Shown here in pieces: positions 8,915 to 18,256 of a stretch of DNA of 64,000 bases. Made by a program: the position numbers and the translations under genes. Position 1 is the first letter of the stretch. Each line of letters starts with the position of its first letter. Origin of the DNA: an uncultured Gemmatimonadales bacterium (GTDB lineage Bacteria > Gemmatimonadota > Gemmatimonadetes > Longimicrobiales > Longimicrobiaceae); assembly GCA_963716255.1 (NCBI GenBank), contig OY970303.1:3968001-4032000 (forward strand), written 5' to 3'. The notes beneath the pieces were generated by a model, which was given only the letters and a program-made list of their open reading frames with translations, was not told where the DNA came from and ran no database searches.

Positions 8915-11470
8915 ATGAGCGACGCGACGCACGTCACCGACTCCTACAATCCGCAGGAAGTGGAGCGGAAGTGGCAGGGCCGGTGGGAGAGCGAAGGAAC
9001 CAACACGTTCACGGACGCGGAGCTCCGCAGGGCCGGGGTCCAGGGGCGTCCATTCTACAACCTGATGATGTTCCCCTACCCGTCCGCGGAGGGGCTGCAC
9101 ATCGGGAACCTGTACGCGTTCACCGGCGCCGACATCTACGGGCGCTACAAGCGCCTGCAGGGCTTCGACGTGTTCGAGCCCATCGGCTACGACGCGTTCG
9201 GGATCCACTCCGAGAACTTCGCCCTGAAGCAGGGGATCCATCCCATGGAGCTGATCCCGCGCAACGTCGCGCGGTTCGAGCAGCAGCTCCGCCGGGTGGG
9301 CTTCATGTACGACTGGAACCACACGGTCGACACCACCGCCAAGGACTACTACCGCTGGACCCAGTGGATCTTCCTCCAGCTCTTCAAGGCCGGGCTGGCC
9401 GTGAAGAAGGAGGCCGCGGTCAACTGGTGCCCCTCCTGCAACACCGTGCTCGCCAACGAGCAGGTGGTGGGCGGCGTGTGCGAGCGCTGCGGCACGCCGG
9501 TGGAGATGCGCGACCTGTCGCAGTGGTTCTTCAAGATCACCGACTACGCCGAGCGGCTGCTGGAGAACCTGGCAACCCTGGACTGGTCCGACACCACCCG
9601 GAAGGCGCAGGAGAACTGGATCGGCCGCAGCGACGGCGCCGAGGTCGTCTTCCCCGTGGTGAGCGAGTCCAGCACCGCCGAGACCGACGACGGCTCCGAA
9701 GTGGTGCGGCAGGCGTTCCGCTACTTCCTCACCGCCGACCAGATCGTCTCGCGCTGGCACGAGCTGGACTACCCGGCCATCCGGGTTTTCACCACGCGGC
9801 CCGAGACCATCTTCGGGGCCACCTACATGGTGCTGGCCCCCGAGCACCCGCTGGTGGACCGCATCACCAGCAAGGAGCGCCGCAAGTCGGTGGCCGCGTA
9901 CCGCCGCAAGGTGGCCAAGAAGGACCTGGTCGCCCGCCGGAAGTCGGAAAAGAAGAAGACCGGCACCGACACCGGCGCGCGTGTGCTCAACCCCGCCACC
10001 GGCAAGGAGATCCCGGTCTGGATCGCCGACTACGTGCTGATGGAGTACGGGACCGGCGCCATCATGGCCGTCCCCGGGCACGACGAGCGGGACTACGAGT
10101 TCGCCAACCAGTACAAGCTCCCCGTCACCCGCGTGGTGGCGCCGGAGGAGACGGAGGCCGACGCGCCGCTGGCGGAAGCGTACACCGGGCCGGGACGGCT
10201 GGTGAACTCCGGGCACTTCGACGGCATGGGCGCCGAGGAGGCGAAGACCGAGGTCACCGCCTGGCTGGCCGAGCGCGGCGCGGCCGAGACCCGCGTCAAC
10301 TACCGCCTGCACGACTGGTGCATCTCGCGGCAGCGGTACTGGGGCCCGCCCATCCCCATCCTCTACTGCGACGACTGCGGCGTCGTCCCGGTGCCCGAGG
10401 AGCAGCTCCCGGTGGAGCTCCCCTTCATCGAGGACTTCAAGCCGGACGCCTCCGGCGTGTCGCCGCTGGCGCGGCACAAGGAGTGGTACCTCACCGGGTG
10501 CCCCCAGTGCGGCGGGATCGCGCGGCGCGAGACCGACGTGTCCGACACCTTTCTGGACTCGGCCTGGTACTTTCTGCGCTACCCCTCCGCGGGGAACGAG
10601 CGGCGCGCCTTCGAGCCCTCGCTCACGCGCAACTGGCTGCCCGTGGACAGCTACATCGGCGGCAACGAGCACGCCGTGCTGCACCTGCTGTACGCCCGCT
10701 TCGTCACCATGGTGCTGCACGACCTGGAGTGGATCGACTTCGAGGAGCCGTTCACCCGCTTCCGCGCCCACGGCCTGATCATCAAGGACGGGGCGAAGAT
10801 GTCCAAGTCCAAGGGCAACGTCATCGTTCCCGACCAGTACATCGAGGAGTACGGCGCCGACACGCTGCGCACCTACCTGATGTTCCTGGGGCCGTACCAG
10901 GAGGGCGGCGACTTCCGCACCACCGGCATCTCCGGGCCGCACAACTTCCTGGGCCGCGTGTGGGACGCCGTCCTGGGCGCCGAGGACCGGCCGCTGGAAG
11001 CGGCGGTGGAGCAGAAGCTGCACGCCACCATCAAGAAGGTGACCGAGGACCTGGAGGCGCTCTCCTACAACACCGCCATCGCGGCGATGATGGAGTACCT
11101 CAACGTGGTCCGCGCAGGCGGGAGGACGCCCGAGCGGGCCGCCGTGGAGCCGCTGGTGCTGCTCCTCGCCCCCTTCGCCCCGCACCTCGCGGAGGAGATG
11201 TGGGAGCGGCTGGGGCACGAGGGCTCGGTGTTCCGGAGCGCCGCCTGGCCGGAGTTCGACGAGGCCAAGACGGTGTCCGACACGGTGGAGTTCGTGGTGC
11301 AGGTCAACGGCAAGGTGCGCGCGCGGATGCCCATGACCCGCGGGATCTCCGAGGCCGACGCGCGCGAGGCCGCCCTCGCCGACCCCAACGTGCAGCGCTT
11401 CCTGGATGGCAAGCAGGTCCGCAAGACGGTCTTCGTCCCCGACCGCCTGGTCAACCTGGTCCTGGGATAG
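8915..11470 (+). CDS. leuS: Leucine--tRNA ligase
   Basis: MFPYPS..LHIGN, TTRPET editing domain, GTGAIMAVPGHD, DWCISRQRYWG, KMSKS, QVNGK. Confidence 0.98.
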   Translation: MSDATHVTDSYNPQEVERKWQGRWESEGTNTFTDAELRRAGVQGRPFYNLMMFPYPSAEGLHIGNLYAFTGADIYGRYKRLQGFDVFEPIGYDAFGIHSENFALKQGIHPMELIPRNVARFEQQLRRVGFMYDWNHTVDTTAKDYYRWTQWIFLQLFKAGLAVKKEAAVNWCPSCNTVLANEQVVGGVCERCGTPVEMRDLSQWFFKITDYAERLLENLATLDWSDTTRKAQENWIGRSDGAEVVFPVVSESSTAETDDGSEVVRQAFRYFLTADQIVSRWHELDYPAIRVFTTRPETIFGATYMVLAPEHPLVDRITSKERRKSVAAYRRKVAKKDLVARRKSEKKKTGTDTGARVLNPATGKEIPVWIADYVLMEYGTGAIMAVPGHDERDYEFANQYKLPVTRVVAPEETEADAPLAEAYTGPGRLVNSGHFDGMGAEEAKTEVTAWLAERGAAETRVNYRLHDWCISRQRYWGPPIPILYCDDCGVVPVPEEQLPVELPFIEDFKPDASGVSPLARHKEWYLTGCPQCGGIARRETDVSDTFLDSAWYFLRYPSAGNERRAFEPSLTRNWLPVDSYIGGNEHAVLHLLYARFVTMVLHDLEWIDFEEPFTRFRAHGLIIKDGAKMSKSKGNVIVPDQYIEEYGADTLRTYLMFLGPYQEGGDFRTTGISGPHNFLGRVWDAVLGAEDRPLEAAVEQKLHATIKKVTEDLEALSYNTAIAAMMEYLNVVRAGGRTPERAAVEPLVLLLAPFAPHLAEEMWERLGHEGSVFRSAAWPEFDEAKTVSDTVEFVVQVNGKVRARMPMTRGISEADAREAALADPNVQRFLDGKQVRKTVFVPDRLVNLVLG

Positions 11471-11678
11471 TTTCCAGGACCAGGTCGCCGTTCCACCTGG
11501 TCATCGGCGGAGCCGGCGGCGCCTGACCCGCGAGAGCCGCACCCCCGCCGGGGGGCGCGGCTCTCGCTCTTTTCTGCCCGGCGCTCGCGCGGGGGGTACC
11601 GGAATTCCGCCGGACGTTTATATTCGTCGGCTCGCGCTGGGGCGGTCCGGCGCGGGCGGAGAACGGCGCACGAAAGGG

Positions 11679-11707
11679 TTGACGAACGGCCTGGCCTGCG
11701 TTATCAT
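11679..11707 (+). promoter_or_regulatory. Sigma70-type promoter of the tRNA array
   Basis: TTGACG-17 nt-TATCAT, 12 nt before tRNA-fMet. Confidence 0.8.
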
Positions 11708-11719
11708 GATTCTCCTTGT

Positions 11720-11793
<74 letters not shown>

Positions 11794-11845
11794 TGCAGGA
11801 CCCTCCGCCGAAGTCGGGCGGATTTTTGTTGGGCTGGAGGAGTTC

Positions 11846-11918
11846 GGCCAGGTAGCTCAGCTGGTAGAGCACACGACTGAAAATCGTGGTGTCGGGGGTT
11901 CGACTCCCTCCCTGGCCA
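11846..11918 (+). tRNA. tRNA-Phe (GAA)
   Basis: Cloverleaf; CACGA-CTGAAAA-TCGTG. Confidence 0.96.
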
Positions 11919-11929
11919 TGGCAGCACGG

Positions 11930-12002
11930 ACGGCAGTAGCTCAATTGGTAGAGCACCGGTCTCCAAAACCGGCGGTTGGGGGTTCGATTCCCTCCTGCCG
12001 TG
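11930..12002 (+). tRNA. tRNA-Trp (CCA)
   Basis: CCGGT-CTCCAAA-ACCGG. Confidence 0.96.
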
Positions 12003-12016
12003 CTGACAGTCTCGAC

Positions 12017-12089
12017 GCCGCTATCGTCTAGGGGACTAGGACGCCGCCCTCTCACGGCGGAAACCGGGGTTCGAATCCCCGTAGCGGTA
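12017..12089 (+). tRNA. tRNA-Glu (CTC)
   Basis: CCGCC-CTCTCAC-GGCGG. Confidence 0.95.
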
Positions 12090-12108
12090 CTCGGCTGGGA
12101 TTCGTGGC

Positions 12109-12181
<73 letters not shown>

Positions 12182-12192
12182 TCTAGGAGTGA

Positions 12193-12267
12193 GCTCCCAT
12201 CGTCTATCGGTTAGGACGCCACTCTTTCAAGGTGGAGAGCGGGGTTCGACTCCCCGTGGGAGCGCCA
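12193..12267 (+). tRNA. tRNA-Glu (TTC), CCA encoded
   Basis: CCACT-CTTTCAA-GGTGG; ends GGGAGC-G-CCA. Confidence 0.95.
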
Positions 12268-12359
12268 ATCGGGTCCCGCGCCGCGGCTTCGGCCCGGCAG
12301 GGAAGTTGGCGGAAGGGCTGGAAAAATCGGACGGGTGCGGTTAGATTAGGAATCTGTGC

Positions 12360-12432
12360 GCGGGCATAGCTCAGTTGGTAGAGCGCAACCTTGCCAAGGT
12401 TGAGGTCGCCGGTTCGAGTCCGGTTGCCCGCT
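12360..12432 (+). tRNA. tRNA-Gly (GCC)
   Basis: CAACC-TTGCCAA-GGTTG. Confidence 0.96.
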
Positions 12433-12456
12433 CTGCACCGCCGGTCGGGCGGTGAA

Positions 12457-12530
12457 GGGGCCGTAGCTCAGTCGGTTAGAGTGCCGGACTGTCACTCCGG
12501 AGGTCGCGGGTTCGAGTCCCGTCGGCCCCG
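12457..12530 (+). tRNA. tRNA-Asp (GTC)
   Basis: CCGGA-CTGTCAC-TCCGG. Confidence 0.96.
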
Positions 12531-12563
12531 CTCGCTGGAAAATTGACAACTCGGGTCGTGTCT

Positions 12564-12636
<73 letters not shown>

Positions 12637-12656
12637 TTCGTATGGACGGAAATGCT

Positions 12657-12740
12657 GGTGGGGTGGCCGAGTGGCTAATGGCAGCAGACTGTAAATCTGC
12701 CGGGCTTCGCCCTACGTAGGTTCGAATCCTACCCCCACCA
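12657..12740 (+). tRNA. tRNA-Tyr (GTA)
   Basis: GCAGA-CTGTAAA-TCTGC; long variable arm. Confidence 0.96.
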
Positions 12741-12755
12741 CTGCTTGGATGCATC

Positions 12756-12829
<74 letters not shown>

Positions 12830-12842
12830 CTCGTGCGTCGCC

Positions 12843-12915
12843 GGGGCCGTAGCTCAGTTGGGAGAGCGCTGCAATCGCACTGCAGAGGTCAGGGGTTCGA
12901 CTCCCCTCGGCTCCA
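12843..12915 (+). tRNA. tRNA-Ala (CGC)
   Basis: CTGCA-ATCGCAC-TGCAG; G3:U70. Confidence 0.95.
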
Positions 12916-12931
12916 CTGGGACCAGACGGGC

Positions 12932-13003
12932 GCCACCGTAGCTCAGGGGTAGAGCACTCGATTCGTAATCGAGCGGTCGTCGGTTCAAATCCGACCGGTG
13001 GCT
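12932..13003 (+). tRNA. tRNA-Thr (CGT)
   Basis: CTCGA-TTCGTAA-TCGAG. Confidence 0.95.
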
Positions 13004-13018
13004 CTGGTCGACCTGAGG

Positions 13019-13047
13019 TTGAAATTCGGTCGCGGGGCGATTATCTT
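13019..13047 (+). promoter_or_regulatory. Internal sigma70-type promoter in the tRNA array
   Basis: TTGAAA-17 nt-TATCTT, 12 nt before tRNA-Gly(CCC), the same spacing as the first promoter. Confidence 0.65.
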
Positions 13048-13059
13048 CGCTGTCCGAGC

Positions 13060-13132
13060 GCGGGAGTAGCTCAGTTGGTAGAGCATCAGCTTCCCAAGCT
13101 GAGGGTCGCGGGTTCGAGCCCCGTCTCCCGCT
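13060..13132 (+). tRNA. tRNA-Gly (CCC)
   Basis: TCAGC-TTCCCAA-GCTGA. Confidence 0.95.
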
Positions 13133-13140
13133 CGTTTTTC

Positions 13141-13212
13141 TGCCCTTTGGTGTAACTGGCAACACGCCTGACTCTGACTCAGGTATTCCAGGTTCGAATC
13201 CTGGAGGGGCAA
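13141..13212 (+). tRNA. tRNA-Gln (CTG)
   Basis: CCTGA-CTCTGAC-TCAGG; U1:A72. Confidence 0.95.
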
Positions 13213-13219
13213 CTGCAGG

Positions 13220-13306
13220 GGAGAGGTGGGTGAGTGGCTAAAACCAACGGTTTGCTAAACCGTCCTGCCCAAAAGGCAGACGCGGGTTCGAATCCCGCCC
13301 TCTCCG
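13220..13306 (+). tRNA. tRNA-Ser (GCT)
   Basis: ACGGT-TTGCTAA-ACCGT; long variable arm. Confidence 0.95.
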
Positions 13307-13318
13307 CTCCTTGCTAGA

Positions 13319-13404
13319 GGACCGGTGTCCGAGCGGCTTAAGGAGCACGATTGGAAATCGTGTGGGGTTAATAGCCCTCGTGGGTTCGAATCCCACCCGG
13401 TCCG
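13319..13404 (+). tRNA. tRNA-Ser (GGA)
   Basis: CACGA-TTGGAAA-TCGTG; long variable arm. Confidence 0.95.
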
Positions 13405-13469
13405 CTGCTTGCAGTACGGTGGGTGACGGGTCGGGCAGGACGGTCCACCGGCTGGGACCGGAAAAACTT

Positions 13470-13543
13470 CGGGACGTGGCTCAGCCCGGTAGAGCACTCG
13501 CTTCGGGAGCGAGGGGTCGCCGGTTCAAATCCGGCCGTCCCGA
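13470..13543 (+). tRNA. tRNA-Pro (CGG)
   Basis: CTCGC-TTCGGGA-GCGAG. Confidence 0.95.
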
Positions 13544-13551
13544 CTGAAGTT

Positions 13552-13635
13552 GGAGGCGTAGTCCTAACTGGTAAGGCACCGCACTCGAAATGCGGCGCGG
13601 GCAACCGCTTGGGGGTTCGAGTCCCTCCGCCTCCG
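13552..13635 (+). tRNA. tRNA-Ser (CGA)
   Basis: CCGCA-CTCGAAA-TGCGG; long variable arm. Confidence 0.94.
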
Positions 13636-13655
13636 CTGTTGTCGAAAACCGCTTG

Positions 13656-13687
13656 CGGCCCTGGCTCACTTCGGTGAGCCAGGGCCG
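13656..13687 (+). terminator. Terminator hairpin after the tRNA array
   Basis: 14-bp perfect stem CGGCCCTGGCTCAC-TTCG-GTGAGCCAGGGCCG followed by TTGTGCGTTT. Confidence 0.75.
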
Positions 13688-13904
13688 TTGTGCGTTTGGG
13701 GCACCAGGCTCGACCGGTTCATGAGCTGTCGGGACACGAACGTGCGATCGAGGGCAAGAGTCTGGCGTACGCCGCGGCTTCAGCCACAGATTAGCGGGTG
13801 CCGGTCGGCTCGCCTGTGCCCGGCGTGCGGCGGAGTCCCCTCGCCGGCCGGGCACGACTCCGTCCATCGCCGCGGGTGAACTCCTCTCCAGCCGGAGCTC
13901 CACC

Positions 13905-15740
13905 ATGTCCTCGCCGCACGATCCGCACGATCCCGGGTCCGACGACGCGCAGGTTCCTGACCGTGCCGAGCCCGCGCCCGGGAAACGAGCGTCCAGGCGT
14001 GTCCGGTCGGAGCCCGCCCGGAAGACGGGGAAGAAGACGAAGGCGGGTGAGGCCGCGCGCGCAGAGACGCGTGACACGTCCGCCCCGGACCTGCTTTCCA
14101 TGATCGGGCGGGGCGTGGTTCCGCCGGTGCTGAACGACGAGGAGCGGCGCGAGGAGATGGGTGTGCCGGCCGATCCCAGGACGCCCGGCCGGTACATGAT
14201 CGAGCTGAACATCCAGTATCGGGGTGGCCTGCGCGCGGCTTCGATCGCGTTCCGGGCACTGTACAGGGAGGTGCTCGGCGACAAGTACGCGATCCCCCAT
14301 CCCCCGGTCGAGATCTCGAAGAGCTACTACCAGTGCCTGATGAGCGTCGAGCAGTGGCGAAAGCTCCTCAGGAAGGACGAGGATCAGGCCGCGACGGATC
14401 CGAGCCGCCGCGTGATCTACAAGCTGTGGCCCGACTTCAAGGTGAAGGCGCTGATCGACCGGTCGGTGGCCACGGTCAAGGCCGACGCGGCCGTCCGGGC
14501 GTACCTGGCCACGGGCGCGGGGATCACCTGGGCGGTGGTCGACTCGGGGATCGAAGGGGTTCACCCGCACTTCGGCCGGGTCGAGCGGCCGCTGGAGAGC
14601 ACGATTCACCATCCGGACGTCGCCGAGCTGCACTACGACTTCACCCTGGATCGCCCGATCGTCGAGCCGCCGCCGGGGCTGGACGCGACCGCCCTGGTCG
14701 AGTTTCTGGAGAAGAGCCAGCAGGAGCACGACGCGCGAGCACACGGGGAAGCGCTCCGGGACGGGTTCGGCCACGGCACGCACGTGGCCGGGATCATCGC
14801 CGGCCGGCTCCCGGACGGGGCGGCGCAGCTCCCGCTTCCCGGCCGCGCACCGGCGGCCGGCGCGGCTCCCCCTGGCGACGCCGTCCGCTACGTCGCCTTC
14901 GAGCAGGTCTTCGAGGCGGACCCGGAGGGCAAGCGCATCTTCAACGGAAAGGTTCCCGTCCCGCGCTCCGTGAGGCGATCGGACGCGCTGCACGGCGTCG
15001 CGCCGGAGTGTCTGCTCGTCAGCCTCAAGGTGCTCGACGAGGCGGGCGAGGGACGGGTGAGCGACGTGATGCGCGCGCTGGTGTACGTCCGCGAGCACCT
15101 CAACGACGACCCCAAGATGCTGCGGGTGCACGGCGTGAACCTGAGCATCGGCTACGACTTCGACGCGCAGATGTTCGCGTGCGGCCAGAGCCCGCTGTGC
15201 GTGGAGGTGGACAGGCTGGTCAAGAGCGGGGTCGTCGTGGTCACGGCGGCGGGCAACACCGGCTACGGGAAGATCAACGCCGACCAGCGGTCCGCCAAGG
15301 CGGGCCTTTCCAATACCATCAACGATCCGGGAAACGCCGCGCTCGCCATCACCGTCGGCTCCACGCACCGCGACTCGCCGCACACGTTCGGCGTCTCCTA
15401 CTTCTCGTCCAAGGGACCCACGGGCGACGGACGCCTCAAGCCGGACCTGGTGGCTCCCGGAGAGCGGATCACCTCCTGCGCCGCCATGGCCAAGCGCGTC
15501 CAGCTGGGGATCGATCTCCCCGCCGACGTCGCCGCGTACATCGACGACAGTGGGACGAGCATGGCCGCGCCGCACGTGTCGGGGTCGATCGCCGCGTTCC
15601 TGTCGATCCGGCGCGAGTTCATCCAGCGGCCGGAAGAGGTGAAGCGCATCTTCCTGGACAGCGCCACCTCGCTGGGACGCGAGCGGTACTTCGAAGGCCA
15701 CGGGCTCGTCGACCTGATGCGCGCGATCCAGAGCGTCTGA
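13905..15740 (+). CDS. S8 (subtilisin-like) serine protease without a signal peptide
   Basis: VVDSG, HGTHVAGII, AAGN, SGTSMAAPHVSG; start uncertain. Confidence 0.9.
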   Translation: MSSPHDPHDPGSDDAQVPDRAEPAPGKRASRRVRSEPARKTGKKTKAGEAARAETRDTSAPDLLSMIGRGVVPPVLNDEERREEMGVPADPRTPGRYMIELNIQYRGGLRAASIAFRALYREVLGDKYAIPHPPVEISKSYYQCLMSVEQWRKLLRKDEDQAATDPSRRVIYKLWPDFKVKALIDRSVATVKADAAVRAYLATGAGITWAVVDSGIEGVHPHFGRVERPLESTIHHPDVAELHYDFTLDRPIVEPPPGLDATALVEFLEKSQQEHDARAHGEALRDGFGHGTHVAGIIAGRLPDGAAQLPLPGRAPAAGAAPPGDAVRYVAFEQVFEADPEGKRIFNGKVPVPRSVRRSDALHGVAPECLLVSLKVLDEAGEGRVSDVMRALVYVREHLNDDPKMLRVHGVNLSIGYDFDAQMFACGQSPLCVEVDRLVKSGVVVVTAAGNTGYGKINADQRSAKAGLSNTINDPGNAALAITVGSTHRDSPHTFGVSYFSSKGPTGDGRLKPDLVAPGERITSCAAMAKRVQLGIDLPADVAAYIDDSGTSMAAPHVSGSIAAFLSIRREFIQRPEEVKRIFLDSATSLGRERYFEGHGLVDLMRAIQSV

Positions 15741-15771
15741 AGTTTCCCTCCCTCCACGCGAGGAGTGCGTC

Positions 15772-17151
15772 ATGCCCGACACGCTGAGCGGTTTCCCCTT
15801 CTGGAGCCTCGAGTTCGAAAAGGACGGCACCGCCCGGGCTCCCGGTGCGATCGACCGGTTCGTCTCGGAGGTGAAGTCCCGGGGTCTCTCCGACGTTTTC
15901 GTCTTCTCGCACGGGTGGAACAACGACCACGCGGACGCGCTGTCGCTCTACGAGCGGTTCTTCGGCGAGGTGGCCAGGCTGCTCCAGGACCCCGGGATCG
16001 CGAAGAAGCGGCCGGGGACGATCGGTGTGGCCGGGGTGCTCTGGCCCTCCATCCTGTGGCCGGACGACGCGCCCGACCCGGGGCCCGCTCCGGTGCTCCC
16101 GCCTCCCGGGGGCGGGGGGGCGGCATCCATGTCCGGTCCGGCCGCCGCGCCGGCGAAGACCGCCGATCCCGCGGAGATCAACGGCGCACTGAAAGGAGTG
16201 TACGACCCGGGGCAGCAGGGGCTCATCGACGAGCTCACCGGGCTCCTCGCCGAACAGCCGGAGAGCCAGGCGGCGATCGACACCTTCCGGGCGAGGCTCG
16301 CGGATCTCCTGGCGAGCGAGCCGGCCGCGGAGGCCGTCGACAAGAAGCGCCCGGACCTGGCGGAGGCGGCGATCACGGAGCTGGACCCGGCGGACTGGCG
16401 CCGGCTCCTCGACATCCTCGCCGACAGCGCGGAGGAGCGCGGCGCGGCCGGCGGCGCCGTCGGGTTGGGCACTCCGTTCAAGAAGCTGTGGGAGGGAGCG
16501 AAGAACGCGATGCGCATCGCCACGTACTGGCAGATGAAGCAGCGCGCCGGGATCGTGGGCCGCGCCGGGCTCGCGCCCGCGGTCTCGCGGCTGGCGCAGG
16601 AGGTGCCCGGGGTCAGGATCCACCTGCTGGGCCATTCGTTCGGCGCCCGGCTGGTCTCGTTCTCGCTCTCCGGGCTCCCGGCGGCGATGACGGGGGCGAG
16701 CTCGCCGGTGAAGTCGCTCTTCCTGCTGCAGGGAGCCTTTTCGCACTACGCGTTCTCGGACCGGCTCCCGCACGACATGAGCCGGTCCGGGGCGCTGAAG
16801 GGGCTGGCGGCGCGGGTGGACGGTCCGCTGCTCACCACCCACTCGCTGCGGGACTACGCGGTGGGTGTCACCTACCCGGCCGCCTCGTTCGTCAACGGCG
16901 ACGATGCATCCGCGGCCGAGGAGCAGTCGAGGCGCTGGGGCGCGATGGGGAACGACGGCGCGCAGGCCGTGGGTGCCGCCTCGGCGATGCTCGCCCCGCC
17001 GGGAACTCCTTATCCGTTCAGCAAGGGAGCGTGGCTGAACCTGGACGGCAACAAGGTCATCGTCCATGGCCGGCCTCCGGCCGGCGCGCACAGCGACATC
17101 GTTTCCCCCCACACGGCGTGGGCGGCGCTCGCGGCAGCGGGGATCGTGTAG
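15772..17151 (+). CDS. Alpha/beta-hydrolase-fold protein
   Basis: FSHGWNN oxyanion-like segment, GHSFG nucleophile elbow, LLQGAFSH, C-terminal GAHSDI; GAGGAG RBS. Confidence 0.8.
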   Translation: MPDTLSGFPFWSLEFEKDGTARAPGAIDRFVSEVKSRGLSDVFVFSHGWNNDHADALSLYERFFGEVARLLQDPGIAKKRPGTIGVAGVLWPSILWPDDAPDPGPAPVLPPPGGGGAASMSGPAAAPAKTADPAEINGALKGVYDPGQQGLIDELTGLLAEQPESQAAIDTFRARLADLLASEPAAEAVDKKRPDLAEAAITELDPADWRRLLDILADSAEERGAAGGAVGLGTPFKKLWEGAKNAMRIATYWQMKQRAGIVGRAGLAPAVSRLAQEVPGVRIHLLGHSFGARLVSFSLSGLPAAMTGASSPVKSLFLLQGAFSHYAFSDRLPHDMSRSGALKGLAARVDGPLLTTHSLRDYAVGVTYPAASFVNGDDASAAEEQSRRWGAMGNDGAQAVGAASAMLAPPGTPYPFSKGAWLNLDGNKVIVHGRPPAGAHSDIVSPHTAWAALAAAGIV

Positions 17152-17217
17152 GCTGTACGCACGGAAATCTTTCCGGCGGTGCGAAGGTGGTCTTCCCGGA
17201 CGAGAGGAGGAGGAGGC

Positions 17218-17592
17218 ATGACGCAGGAGCAGAGGACCCACCTGGAGGGGCGGCTGCGCGAGGAGCGGGAGCGGGTGGAGCGCTCGCTGGCGCGCCTCCG
17301 CGGCGAGTCGGCCGATTCGCAGCTGGAGCGGGACGGCGACCTGTCCGCCTACCCGCTTCACCCGGCCGACGAGGGGACGGACACGCTGGACCAGGAGATG
17401 GAGTTCGCGGAGGCGAGCCGCCAGAGCCGGCAGCTGGCGGAGATCGACGACGCGCTGGCCCTTCTGGTGGAGCGGCCGGAGGAGTACGGCCGGTGCCGCG
17501 ACTGCGACGGGGAGATCCCCTTCGAGCGCCTGGACCTGGTCCCCTGGGCGCGCGACTGCGACTGCTCGGGCGAGATCCCCACGCCGGCCTGA
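17218..17592 (+). CDS. TraR/DksA-family protein
   Basis: Coiled coil with HPADEGTD; YGRCRDC..IPFERL..VPWA..C; GGAGG RBS. Confidence 0.85.
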   Translation: MTQEQRTHLEGRLREERERVERSLARLRGESADSQLERDGDLSAYPLHPADEGTDTLDQEMEFAEASRQSRQLAEIDDALALLVERPEEYGRCRDCDGEIPFERLDLVPWARDCDCSGEIPTPA

Positions 17593-17611
17593 GCCCGCCC
17601 GGCCGACAGGA

Positions 17612-17645
17612 AAGCCCCCGCCGCTCCACGGAGCGGCGGGGGCTT
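17612..17645. terminator. Bidirectional terminator hairpin
   Basis: AAGCCCCCGCCGCTCC-AC-GGAGCGGCGGGGGCTT between convergent genes. Confidence 0.7.
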
Positions 17646-17669
17646 CTGCGTCCGGGGACGGTGCCGCGG

Positions 17670-18155
17670 CTACTTCTTCGCGCGGTCTTCGCGCAGGCGG
17701 TCCACCTCCTCGGGCGACCACTCGTGGAGGAACGAGACCTCGGCGCGCAGCTCCGGCAGCTGCGAGCGCAGGCACTCCGCGCGGCGCTCTCGGGCCGCGA
17801 ACGCCACGCCCCTGGCCTCGTCCCAGCGGTCGGCGTCCATGTAGGCCGTGATCAGCATCTCGTACACCAGCGCGTGTGGGTACACGCGCAGCAGCTCCCG
17901 CAGGCGCGGGATGGCCTCGACGCGCGCCTGCGCGGAGGCCACGTCGATCTCCAGCAGCTCGCCGGCCACCTGCTGGCGGCGGCGGAGCAGCTCCGTGAGA
18001 TCTGCGGGATAGGTTTCCGCCCGGTACTCGCCCATGGCGTGCGCCGGCGGGTTGTCGCGGCCGAAGAGGGCGTCCATGATCGACGCGTTGGGCGGCAGGT
18101 CGTCCCCTCCGTCCGGCCCGCTCATCCGCTGCTTCAGCCAGTACCGGATCCCCAT
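17670..18155 (-). CDS. Hypothetical protein (161 aa, helical, TPR-like segment)
   Basis: MGIRYWLKQRM...; GGGAGG RBS; GC3-rich codon pattern. Confidence 0.7.
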   Translation of the reverse strand: MGIRYWLKQRMSGPDGGDDLPPNASIMDALFGRDNPPAHAMGEYRAETYPADLTELLRRRQQVAGELLEIDVASAQARVEAIPRLRELLRVYPHALVYEMLITAYMDADRWDEARGVAFAARERRAECLRSQLPELRAEVSFLHEWSPEEVDRLREDRAKK

Positions 18156-18256
18156 CAGCCTCCCCTTCACGCGCGTGAACGACCGAAATGCGAAGCGCCG
18201 GACGGCGGAGTGCCGCGTCCGGCGCCGGCGTGGATCAGCAGGGAGCGTGCCGGACG

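Noticed and set aside
12543..12548. TTGACA inside the tRNA array as a promoter
   Set aside because: No -10 box at 16-18 nt; that position falls inside tRNA-Ala.
13620..17200. Integrative element at tRNA-Ser(CGA)
   Set aside because: No integrase and no duplicated tRNA 3' end found by eye; island status is unproven.
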